Source: an uncultured delta proteobacterium (GTDB lineage: Bacteria > Desulfobacterota > Binatia > UBA9968). From it: a stretch of DNA of 64,000 bases. Within the stretch, counting starts at the first letter, position 1. Each line of letters begins with the position of its first letter. Made by a program: the position numbers and the translations under genes. The stretch lies in contig CAWDPO010000046.1 of NCBI GenBank assembly GCA_963804165.1, positions 96,001 through 160,000 on the forward strand, given 5' to 3'. Below the pieces are notes generated by a model that did no database searches, had not been told where the DNA came from, and saw only the letters and a program-made list of their open reading frames with translations. Below, one piece after another: positions 1 through 8,307 of this stretch.

Positions 1-197
1 GGCGGATACTTGTCTTCGAAGGCTTTGATGATGCGACCGACGATCGTGCCGCCCGTCAGAGAGCCGTACCAGACGACCTCCGCTTCTTTCCTTGCCTGAT
101 CCATCCGCGCTGGTCCGGTTTGCGCTCGTACACTCGCGCAGAGAGTTATGCTGAGGGCGAGCGCGGTGACATGGGCGGGGAATACAAAAGGCTTCAC
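1..197 (-). CDS. 5' part of an extracellular solute-binding protein (iron/polyamine ABC-type), runs off the window start
   Basis: Not in the ORF track. GTG at 197 after AAGGAG translates MKPFVFPAHVTALALSITLCASVRAQ...ARKEAEVVWYGSL...IIKAFEDKYP: a signal peptide plus the typical A-K-E-x-x-VxWY / F-x-x-KYP SBP start. Confidence 0.75.
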   Translation of the reverse strand, partial: MKPFVFPAHVTALALSITLCASVRAQTGPARMDQARKEAEVVWYGSLTGGTIVGRIIKAFEDKYP

Positions 198-474
198 GGC
201 TTGCTCCTTATGAGTCTTACGTCGGCTCGGCGGCTGTTGCGGGTTACGCGCGTGCAAGACTGCCGTGGCTGATGGCGTAGCACCACGCTCGACATACGGT
301 CAAGTGCTGGATCCATACGGACTGCGACAGCATCGGATGACCGCAGCGATGCTGGCGCCGCTTCGCACTGGCCCGCGGTATTTGTTTTTGATAGGGTCGC
401 GCTGACATTGCGATTGGCTCCCGGCGAAGAATATCGATTCAAACTGCAGAGTCGTTTGTTCAGGAGGGAATATC

Positions 475-1485
475 ATGAAGCGACATCCCGTGCTCGACTG
501 CAGTTGTCGATTTATTCTTTTTCTGGTGGCGCTCGCTTATCCCCTATATCACGCAACTGCGGCTGATAAACTCATCGGCTTTCATTCCGCACGCACGATG
601 TCCCAAGCGATGCCGTGGATCGCCGAAGAGGCGGGGCTGTTTCGCAAATACGATTTGGATTTCCAACTGGTTTATATTTCATCGGCGCCGATCGTCACGG
701 CGGCGATCTTGGGTGGCGACGCTCAAGTCGCGATCAGCGGCGGCGAAGCGATCGTGCGCGCGTTTGCGCAGGGAGCGACCGATTTGGTTTTTGTCGGTAG
801 CGCGAAAAATACCCTGACCCACAGTATTTTGGGCAAAGCGGAAATTAAGAGACCGGAAGATCTGAGAGGCAAAAAGCTCGGGTTGTCGCGTCTCGGCAGC
901 AATTCGCATTATTTCATCATCCAGGCACTGAGAAAAAGCGGCGTGGAGCCGAACGAGGTCAATCTCATCCAGACCGGCGGTCAAGTGGAAAATCTCGCGG
1001 CTTTGCTAAGCGGCAACGTCGACGCCGCGACGATGACCGGGCCATCGGGGGGAACGAGAGCGGTAGCGCAAGGGTACCGATACGTAGTTTACGGTCCGGA
1101 TTTGCATATTCCATTTGCCGCGGCGACGCTGATCACGCGCCGCTCCATTCTCAACGCGCGCGCTCCAGTGATAGAAAAATTCGTCCGCGCCACGGCGGAA
1201 GCGATGAAGATCATGTTTCTCGACAAGGAATTGACCTATAAAGTATTGGCAAAACAGTTGCGCATCAACGACCGCAAGGTCCTCGACGCGGCGTACGATG
1301 AAGAAATCAAAGTACTGGAGCGGCGGCTGGAATTTAAGAATGAAGCCTTTCAGGCGATCATCGATGAAACGGGGAAAGTCGATGCGCGGGCGAAAAAGGT
1401 AAAACCCCAGGATCTGGTCGACCGGCGGTTTCTCGACGGGCTGAATAAAAGCGGTTTCTTCGATAAGCTCTGGGCGGGGAAATAA
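475..1485 (+). CDS. ABC substrate-binding protein, SsuA/NMT1/THI5-like
   Basis: Signal peptide; WIAEEAGLFRKYDLD and DLRGKKLGLSRLGS motifs; RBS AGGAGG. Confidence 0.9.
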   Translation: MKRHPVLDCSCRFILFLVALAYPLYHATAADKLIGFHSARTMSQAMPWIAEEAGLFRKYDLDFQLVYISSAPIVTAAILGGDAQVAISGGEAIVRAFAQGATDLVFVGSAKNTLTHSILGKAEIKRPEDLRGKKLGLSRLGSNSHYFIIQALRKSGVEPNEVNLIQTGGQVENLAALLSGNVDAATMTGPSGGTRAVAQGYRYVVYGPDLHIPFAAATLITRRSILNARAPVIEKFVRATAEAMKIMFLDKELTYKVLAKQLRINDRKVLDAAYDEEIKVLERRLEFKNEAFQAIIDETGKVDARAKKVKPQDLVDRRFLDGLNKSGFFDKLWAGK

Positions 1486-1538
1486 AAAGTTCCGGTCGGA
1501 GCGGATTGGTGCGGCTTAATGTCTCTATCGGGGATGGT

Positions 1539-1716
1539 TGAACTCCCCCGCCTTTAGGCGGGGTGAAGGTTCGTCATGCCGGCGAACGCCGGCATCCAGG
1601 TTCGTTTTGCGGCTCAAGTTCCAGAACCGCATGGATTCCGCCGGAATGACGGGAACGAGAGCCGACTTCTAGTCGACAAATTCAGAATCCCTCGACTCGG
1701 AGCCGAGGGTGGTTCA
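1539..1716. mobile_element. Non-autonomous element with IS200/IS605-like hairpin ends enclosing a CGTC-type REP doublet
   Basis: Left TGAAC-TCCCCCGCCTTTAGGCGGGG; right GAATCCCTCGACTCGGAGCCGAGGG-TGGTTCA; inside CGTCATGCCGGCGAACGCCGGCATCCA...GGATTCCGCCGGAATGACG. Confidence 0.55.
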
Positions 1717-1788
1717 GTTGGCGAGCATTTTCTTCACGCGTTCGGTGACTGCTGTCGGTTGGTCCATGACCTTTTTGATGAGCGACTC
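1714..1788 (-). pseudogene. C-terminal remnant of a Bug/TctC-like binding protein
   Basis: Reads ESLIKKVMDQPTAVTERVKKMLAN*, similar to the C-terminus of the 24112 gene (VAERIMVQPPQVVEQVKKIL); preceded by an in-frame TAG. Confidence 0.5.
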
Positions 1789-1885
1789 CTAGTCCGTCCC
1801 GATCGTCGCCATAGTCGTCTCTGCACGACGGATTTTCTCACGAGTGACTTCCCCTGAGAGTTTGCTCGAGCGCTGGGTCACGGAT

Positions 1886-3013
1886 TTATTTCACGCGGTA
1901 TTCCTTGACGACGTCTTCATTGAGCTCCAGGCCGAGTCCCGGTTTCTCGGTCAGCGTAATCCAGCCATTGACCGGACCCGGCAGATCTTTATAGACGGTA
2001 TTTGCCGTAAGCCAGTTGTTCACGTGAATCTCGGCGCGCCAGCCATTGGGCACCGCCGCGTGTAAGTGAATATCGAAGTGGTCGCCGTTGCCGACCGGCA
2101 AATTGAACGCATGGGCCAGCCCCGCCGCCTTCATCCCCATGGTGAATCCGCCGACCGACAGCACGTGGATGTTCAGGAAGTCGATGGCGTCCTGCTTGAC
2201 TAGATCCGCTAGCTTGAAAAAGTTTTCCCACTGGCCGGCGGCGATGGGAATGCTCGTTTGTCTGCGCAACTGCGCCAGCAGATGCGGGTCGTTGTGCACG
2301 ATCGGCTCTTCGAACCACATGAGGTTGTAAGGTTCGAAGCGTTTGCACCAGCGCACCGCGGCGTCGAGCTTCATGAGACAATTGGCGTCGGCCATCAATT
2401 CCACACCCTCACCGACCGCGTCGCGAACCGCGCGCAGGCGCGACTCGTCTTCCGCGGGATTGTCCTCGCGATGCTCGCCGCTCGCTCCGGAAGGGTCCAT
2501 GGCGCCGCGAATATTGGAGCGGCCGACCTGAATCTTGAGCCGCGTTTCTCCTTTGGCCACCCAATATTTCGCCGCTTCCGCCAGTTCGTCTCGATTATAG
2601 GCGCGAAGTCCGAAAGTAATGTAAGCCGGTATGGATTTCTGGGCGCCACCCAAGAGACGCCAGACCGGCGCATTATAAAATTTGCCCTTGATGTCCCACA
2701 GCGCGACGTCGACGGCGCTCACGGCGAAGTTCCAAACCCCCGCGTGGGCGCGGGTATTATATTTCCAAAGCATCTGGTGCATCACGCGCTCGTTTTCCAG
2801 CGGGTCTTGGCCTGTCAAAAAGGGCGCGAGATCCTGTTGGATGAATGCGGCGGTGGCGGAGTGCATAAAACCGCCGAACTGTGAAAGTCCGACGAGGCCG
2901 TTGTCGGTTTTTACTTTCAACACGCGCACGGCGGCGCGCACGGGCTGTTTGAACAGCGGCGGTGTGACGGGGATATTTTGTAATTCAATGATTTCGATAT
3001 CGGTAATCTTCAA
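1886..3013 (-). CDS. Mandelate racemase/muconate lactonizing enzyme family (enolase superfamily)
   Basis: SAVDVALWDIKGK, LMADAN and WFEEP motifs. TTG at 3013 follows AAGGAG (the ORF track starts at 3043). Confidence 0.9.
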   Translation of the reverse strand: MKITDIEIIELQNIPVTPPLFKQPVRAAVRVLKVKTDNGLVGLSQFGGFMHSATAAFIQQDLAPFLTGQDPLENERVMHQMLWKYNTRAHAGVWNFAVSAVDVALWDIKGKFYNAPVWRLLGGAQKSIPAYITFGLRAYNRDELAEAAKYWVAKGETRLKIQVGRSNIRGAMDPSGASGEHREDNPAEDESRLRAVRDAVGEGVELMADANCLMKLDAAVRWCKRFEPYNLMWFEEPIVHNDPHLLAQLRRQTSIPIAAGQWENFFKLADLVKQDAIDFLNIHVLSVGGFTMGMKAAGLAHAFNLPVGNGDHFDIHLHAAVPNGWRAEIHVNNWLTANTVYKDLPGPVNGWITLTEKPGLGLELNEDVVKEYRVK

Positions 3014-3421
3014 AGTGCTGCTCCTTTGCGTCTCGTTTGTCAAAATTACTTCGGCTAGGACAGTCCCGCTGGGCCGTCTGGATAAGTCGAGCCATAATAA
3101 TCTGGGATTATTGCCGACGGCAAGATCAAAATTCGCTAACCCGAAGTAATGGCGCTTCCGTCACGCGATTAACACCCGTTCCGTTTTCGAAACACTTTCT
3201 CCTCTATTGTTGGTGGGATTTTCCCGACAACGATTCGATGTGTTCGAAAGGAATCGCTGCTGGAAGAGCGGATCTTTCCAGGACGCTTTCTTTGCAGATT
3301 TCTTAACTCAGCTCGACGCACGCTTTTTCCCCACTCGTTGTAGCGGAAAGTCAGACAATCAATGGCACTGACGAGAGTCGTGGACCGATGATAATTTTGG
3401 GAATTCCTTCGTCGCAGGCGC

Positions 3422-3436
3422 TGGCATAGGCCTTGC
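3422..3436 (+). promoter_or_regulatory. sigma54 (-24/-12) promoter
   Basis: TGGCAT-AGGCC-TTGC, ~80 bp before the ATG at 3518. Confidence 0.75.
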
Positions 3437-3517
3437 TCATTCATCGGATGTTCGTGGATGCGAGGAAGATGGAAATTGGTGGATCTGAAATAATAACGAA
3501 CTTTGGAGGCGTCGAAT

Positions 3518-4141
3518 ATGGACACGAATATCTGGATTGTCATCGTCGCTCTTCTTGTGGGCGTCATTATTTTTCTCGCTGGATTGCTTTTCACCCAGAA
3601 GCGACGATCCCAGCAGTTGCAATCCCGTTTCGGCCCGGAATACGACCGAGCTGTTCGACAATACGGCGATCAAAAGCATGCCGAGGAGGAGCTTGCGGCT
3701 CGGCAACGGCGTGTGACCGGTTTTCGCATCATCCCGTTATCGCGTGAAGACGCGGCGCGTTTCGCAGAGTCATGGCGCGCCGTGCAAAATCGCTTCGTGG
3801 ATGATCCCAATGCCGCGGTTCAGGACGCCGATCGCCAGGTGCGCGAGCTCATGCAGCGGCGCGGCTATCCGATGGCGGATTTCGAGCAGCGAGCGGCCGA
3901 CTTATCGGTCGATCATCCGACGGTGGTCGAGAACTATCGAGCAGCGCATCAAGTCGCGCTGCGCAACGAAGGCGGCACAGCGAGCACAGAAGAACTGAGA
4001 AAAGCGATCGTTCATTATCGGGCGATCTTCGATGAATTGTTGGAAGTGGGTAGCGCTCGGCGAGAAGTTCAAGAACCGGAAAGAAAAGGAGGATTAAACC
4101 AGTGGAAATTCGGGAAAGACCTCTTTCGACGGCAGATCTAG
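3518..4141 (+). CDS. Conserved hypothetical protein with an N-terminal membrane anchor
   Basis: GGAGG RBS, single TM helix, LQSRFGPEYDRAV, WRAVQNRFVDDP, STEELRKAIVHYRAIFDELL. Confidence 0.85.
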   Translation: MDTNIWIVIVALLVGVIIFLAGLLFTQKRRSQQLQSRFGPEYDRAVRQYGDQKHAEEELAARQRRVTGFRIIPLSREDAARFAESWRAVQNRFVDDPNAAVQDADRQVRELMQRRGYPMADFEQRAADLSVDHPTVVENYRAAHQVALRNEGGTASTEELRKAIVHYRAIFDELLEVGSARREVQEPERKGGLNQWKFGKDLFRRQI

Positions 4142-4536
4142 CGGCGACTTCTGTAAACCGTGAGGCACGGCAGGGAGAGAAGGAGCACTCTCCGAAAGAG
4201 CCTGAGTCCGTTATCGCTCTGGGAGAGGCCTCAACCGAAAGGGCGCCCAACCAGGATAGCGAAGAGCTTGTGCCACTGTTTTCAGAATCCTCGGTACGCG
4301 ATTTGCGCTCGCAGTGGACCGCGCTTCAGAGCGGCTTTGTCGACGAACCGAGACACTCAGTTGAGCAGGCGGACGAACTCGTCGCCCGCGTCATGAAAGA
4401 TATGGCGGAGACGTTTTCGGCTGAGAGATCCAAGCTCGAGCGACAATGGGAGCAAGGCGACAAGATTTCCACCGAAGACCTGCGGCTCGTGTTACGGCGT
4501 TATCGCTCGTTTTTTGACCGCTTTCTGTCGGTTTGA
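4102..4536 (+). CDS. Conserved hypothetical protein, soluble paralogue of the upstream gene
   Basis: AGGAGG RBS before GTG; WTALQSGFVDEP and STEDLRLVLRRYRSFFDRFL. Confidence 0.85.
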   Translation: MEIRERPLSTADLAATSVNREARQGEKEHSPKEPESVIALGEASTERAPNQDSEELVPLFSESSVRDLRSQWTALQSGFVDEPRHSVEQADELVARVMKDMAETFSAERSKLERQWEQGDKISTEDLRLVLRRYRSFFDRFLSV

Positions 4537-4730
4537 TTTGAATTGACGCTTGGGATCCGGCGCCGACGTGAAAATCCTTCAAGTGGATCCGCGACCAGCC
4601 TATGTGGGGGTGAGAAACACGGGCGGCTGCGGCGCCGGACACAGACTTTTTTTGGTTGAGTTAATTCGGTCTCTTCTCAGAGAGATTAGCGCTTCGGGTT
4701 ATCACTCTTGTGCCATCTGTTGGACCGGTC

Positions 4731-6311
4731 ATGCGGCGATTATTTTATTGGACCGCGGGCGCCTTGGTGTTTTTGCTGATCGCCATCCTCGCGTCCGCCC
4801 ACCTTCTCGATGAGCCTTTGCGCAAAAAAATCGAAGCAGATTTAAATCAGCGCTTGAAAGGTTACTCCGTCCGTGTCGGTGGGCTCGATTTCCATCCCAT
4901 CGGACTTTCACTCGAGCTCGAGCAATCGACAATCTATCAGAATGCCCATCCCGAACCCGCGGTCGCGGAGATTCCCTACTTAAGCGCCAGCGTGCATTGG
5001 CGAGCGCTCCTTTTCGGCAGACTGGTCGCTGACTTTGAGATCGACAAACCGAAGATTCATTTTGATTTGAGGCAGTTCACGCAAGAGGCCAAGGACGAAG
5101 TGCCGATGAAGGAGCGAGGATGGCAGGACGCATTGGAGGCGATCTACCCGCTCAAAATCAATCGCTTCGCGATAAACGACGCTGATCTTACCTATATCGA
5201 CAAGGGGCCATTCCGACCTCTGCGCATGACCCGGCTCAATTTTGTCGCCGAAAACATTCGCAATATCGAGTCTGCGAAAGGAACCTATCCGTCGCCGGTG
5301 CACGCGCAAGGCGTCGTGTTTGACAGCGGTAAGCTCAAGCTCGACGGCAACGCAGATTTTCTCGCTGAGCCTCACGTCGCGGTTAAAGCCGATCTGCAAT
5401 TGGAGCAGATCGGGATCGACTACTTCAAACCCATCGCGGAGAGATTCAAGTTCTCGGTCCGGGAGGGTGTTCTCTCTACCGACGGATCGATCGAATACGC
5501 GCCTGAAGGCACAAAAATTCAAATCAAGGAATTGCGTCTGAATAAAGTTGTTGCGGACTATATCCACGATGCGCCCGAGGCACCGACGAAAAACATCGCC
5601 AAGGAAGCGAGAAAAACGGCGAAAAAATACAGCAACGAACCCACCCTCGAGGTGAAAATCGATCGGCTGCGGATCGATGACGGGAAACTGGGTTATGTCA
5701 ATCAGGCAGCAAAGCCGGCCTATCACGTGTTTTTTAACAACGCCTATTTAGATATCGAAAACTTCAGTAATCATTTGAAGGACGGCGTGGCCCGCGGCCG
5801 GGCAAAGGGAAAATTCATGGGTAATGGGCCAAGTACAATTGCCGTTGCTTTTCGCCCCGAGACGAAAGGACCGGATTTTGATCTGACGATGAGTATCGAA
5901 AACACCGATATGCGGTCCATGAACAATCTGTTCCGCGCTTACGGCAATTTCGACGTGGTCGAGGGCAAGTTTTCTTTTTATTCAGAGCTCAAGGTCCGAC
6001 AGGGTAAAGTCGACGGATATGTGAAGCCTTTGTTTCGCGACATGGACGTATACGATGCGCGCCAGGATCGGGAAAAAAATCTCTTTCGCAAGCTCTATGA
6101 GGGTCTGGTTGGCGGCATTTCGGCGTTGTTGACCAATGCGCCGCGTGAAGAAGTCGCGACCCAAACCACCGTTTCCGGTGACATCGAGTCGCCGGAAACG
6201 AGCACGTGGGAAACCGTGATGCGTTTGGTTCAAAACGCCTTCTTCAAAGCTATCCTGCCGGGATTTGAGAGAGAAGTCGCTCAAGGTAAAACCGAGCCCA
6301 AGCGCGGTTAG
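4731..6311 (+). CDS. DUF748 / AsmA-like beta-rich envelope protein
   Basis: N-terminal TM, repeated beta-rich segments, GYVKPLFRDMDV and VQNAFFKAILPGFE C-terminal motifs. Confidence 0.8.
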   Translation: MRRLFYWTAGALVFLLIAILASAHLLDEPLRKKIEADLNQRLKGYSVRVGGLDFHPIGLSLELEQSTIYQNAHPEPAVAEIPYLSASVHWRALLFGRLVADFEIDKPKIHFDLRQFTQEAKDEVPMKERGWQDALEAIYPLKINRFAINDADLTYIDKGPFRPLRMTRLNFVAENIRNIESAKGTYPSPVHAQGVVFDSGKLKLDGNADFLAEPHVAVKADLQLEQIGIDYFKPIAERFKFSVREGVLSTDGSIEYAPEGTKIQIKELRLNKVVADYIHDAPEAPTKNIAKEARKTAKKYSNEPTLEVKIDRLRIDDGKLGYVNQAAKPAYHVFFNNAYLDIENFSNHLKDGVARGRAKGKFMGNGPSTIAVAFRPETKGPDFDLTMSIENTDMRSMNNLFRAYGNFDVVEGKFSFYSELKVRQGKVDGYVKPLFRDMDVYDARQDREKNLFRKLYEGLVGGISALLTNAPREEVATQTTVSGDIESPETSTWETVMRLVQNAFFKAILPGFEREVAQGKTEPKRG

Positions 6312-6448
6312 CCTGCTTGGGAGCAAAGGCGCGGTTGTCATTTCGTCAAAGACTGCTGAATGTAAGCAAAAGCCGTTATCACCTATGCTTTTGACATACA
6401 TGAAAGCGCCGGCGGTTCAAAATCGTTGACGAATCATGCCAGACTCTG

Positions 6449-6464
6449 TGGCATCTCGGTTGCA
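6449..6464 (+). promoter_or_regulatory. sigma54 (-24/-12) promoter
   Basis: TGGCAT-CTCGG-TTGCA, ~64 bp before the ATG at 6528. Confidence 0.8.
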
Positions 6465-6527
6465 CAAGTGCTGGTAACACTGACGCATAACTTGAGGTGG
6501 GCGGAATAGAATCAGGGAGGTCAAACG

Positions 6528-6602
6528 ATGGGCAATATTTTTTACATCATCGGCGTCGTGGTCGTCGTATTGTTTATTCTCGGATATCTGGGACTACGAT
6601 AA
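6528..6602 (+). CDS. 24-aa single-helix membrane microprotein
   Basis: AGGGAGG RBS; MGNIFYIIGVVVVVLFILGYLGLR*; below the ORF-track cutoff. Confidence 0.75.
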   Translation: MGNIFYIIGVVVVVLFILGYLGLR

Positions 6603-6634
6603 TTGATGAGTATGAACAGAAGGGAGAAGATTCA

Positions 6635-7084
6635 ATGAACGAGGACGTATTCGCCGGACAATGGCGACAATTACGAGGAACACTAAAATCATGGTGGGGC
6701 AATCTGACTGACGATGATTTCGAGTGGGCGGGGGGACAAAAGGACCGCTTGGTTGGATTGATACAACAGAAATATGGCTGGACTCGCGATCAAGCGCAGG
6801 AGGAAGTCGACCGTCGCTTCAGTGAGTACCAGAACGGCGGAATGGGCCAGAACTTAGGCGACCTCAAGGCGAAGACGTATGCGCTGGGCGAAAATGCCGC
6901 GAGCAAAGCGCGCGAAGCATTTTCCGCGGCGGCGGATGGATTGGAAACAGCCGGTTCTTATGTAAAAGAAACCAATCTTAACGCGATGGTTGCAGATCTA
7001 AGGGACGTTGTACGCAAGTATCCGTTTCACTCACTGCTCATCGGGGTGGGTTTAATTTACTTGTTGTCCCGAAACAGACATTGA
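6635..7084 (+). CDS. csbD: CsbD-like stress protein with an ElaB/YqjD-like C-terminal anchor
   Basis: GQWRQLRGTLKSWWGNLTDDD...LVGLIQQKYG (CsbD/YjbJ pattern); tail VRKYPFHSLLIGVGLIYLLSR. Confidence 0.8.
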   Translation: MNEDVFAGQWRQLRGTLKSWWGNLTDDDFEWAGGQKDRLVGLIQQKYGWTRDQAQEEVDRRFSEYQNGGMGQNLGDLKAKTYALGENAASKAREAFSAAADGLETAGSYVKETNLNAMVADLRDVVRKYPFHSLLIGVGLIYLLSRNRH

Positions 7085-7156
7085 TCAGATATTGGGTTAC
7101 GCGCGACTGGTCATTTGCGTACTTTTCTTTCGATCTTGATCTAGCAGCTAAATCCT

Positions 7157-7492
7157 TTATGGACGTGGGGTTCGCGTTTGCTGGATCTCGTCTGCGGCCA
7201 ATCTTCGCCGCGCGGTGACACGGGCGATCTCGACCCGTTTTTCAGTGATGTAAGCAAGATGCTCAACTTCGGCGACGTCGCGCTCTTCCGCCCACAACTT
7301 TTCCGCGGCTTCCAACGTCTGCCCGGCTTTATCCAGCGCTGTCCCAGCGTTGCGAACGATGGCCGGATCTTGGCGAGCCTTTTCGTAGACCTCGCGAGCC
7401 CGGTCCAGTGCAGGATTGCGGACCGTCGAGCAGGCAGCCGATAACGCGGTTATCAGCAGCACTGCCATCCAAAGAGTGCGTCCACCGCGCAT
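7157..7492 (-). CDS. DUF4398-like lipoprotein without an OmpA domain
   Basis: Lipobox LSAAC; helical EVEHLAYITEKRVEIAR. Confidence 0.75.
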   Translation of the reverse strand: MRGGRTLWMAVLLITALSAACSTVRNPALDRAREVYEKARQDPAIVRNAGTALDKAGQTLEAAEKLWAEERDVAEVEHLAYITEKRVEIARVTARRRLAADEIQQTRTPRP

Positions 7493-7494
7493 AG

Positions 7495-7929
7495 CTACTC
7501 CTTTTCGGCGCCGGGCGTGACCGGTGTTCGCGACTCAAGTTCAGCTCGCGTCGGCGGGACTTCCGACTTTTTCCAAAGTTGATCGGCGGCGCGCCGCACA
7601 ACTTCGGCTTCGGCTTTCGCTTCGGCAAGCTCGGCGTCGACTTGAGCGCCCTCGGCAAGGCGGCGTGCTTCGTCATATCGCCCGGCGGCCATGGCAAGCT
7701 TGGCTTTGGCCAATTTGTCCCGCGCATTTTTGTAGTCCACGGGTGCCAGTTCCTCGGCTTTTGCCTCGTCGGCTGCGCGCGCGCCCAGCTCCGCTCTCGC
7801 TAAACTATCAGTCGGTGGCTTGGTCATGCTGCAGCCTGAAAAAATGATGAGCGCGGCGACTGCTGCGCTATAGAATAAATGTTTTTCGCCTCCCACGATC
7901 CCGCCCTTCGAATCACAGTTCCGGCTCAT
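7495..7929 (-). CDS. DUF4398-like lipoprotein
   Basis: Lipobox FSGC; APVDYKNARDKL...ARRLAEGAQVDAELAEAKA. Confidence 0.85.
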   Translation of the reverse strand: MSRNCDSKGGIVGGEKHLFYSAAVAALIIFSGCSMTKPPTDSLARAELGARAADEAKAEELAPVDYKNARDKLAKAKLAMAAGRYDEARRLAEGAQVDAELAEAKAEAEVVRRAADQLWKKSEVPPTRAELESRTPVTPGAEKE

Positions 7930-8307
7930 GACGTTGCTCCAGGTTAAGCGCCAGCATCATCCATCCGCTGAATCAGAGTCGGGCCACGATCAATGACATC
8001 GACTACATACAAATTATATAACCTTAACCATGGTTAACAAGACGGGACGTCATGTTGTTTACGGATGGTTTCGACTAGAGTCTATCAATGAGATGTATAT
8101 CGAAAGACTCGTGCCTGCGTTTGTCTCAGGATCGAGATGACCATGCGCATGAAGTTTTCGTTCCGCATAATGGATTTCTGCCGTTGACAAGACCGCCCGA
8201 TACCGGATATTTGCAAAGGGTGATCTGGAGCTCCGCTTGAGCGCGCCGCCGGGCGCCCGAGTCAAAACAAATCGTAACCTTTTTATTCATAAAAGGAGGA
8301 TCTTACC

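Noticed and set aside
1576-1857. Short ORFs over the repeat elements (also 38152-38515, 47324-47677, 55570-55794)
   Set aside because: They are translations of palindromic repeats, not credible genes
6497-6634. N-terminal extension of CsbD given by the ORF track
   Set aside because: The CsbD motif starts at ATG 6635 with its own RBS; the extension overlaps the better-supported 24-aa ORF
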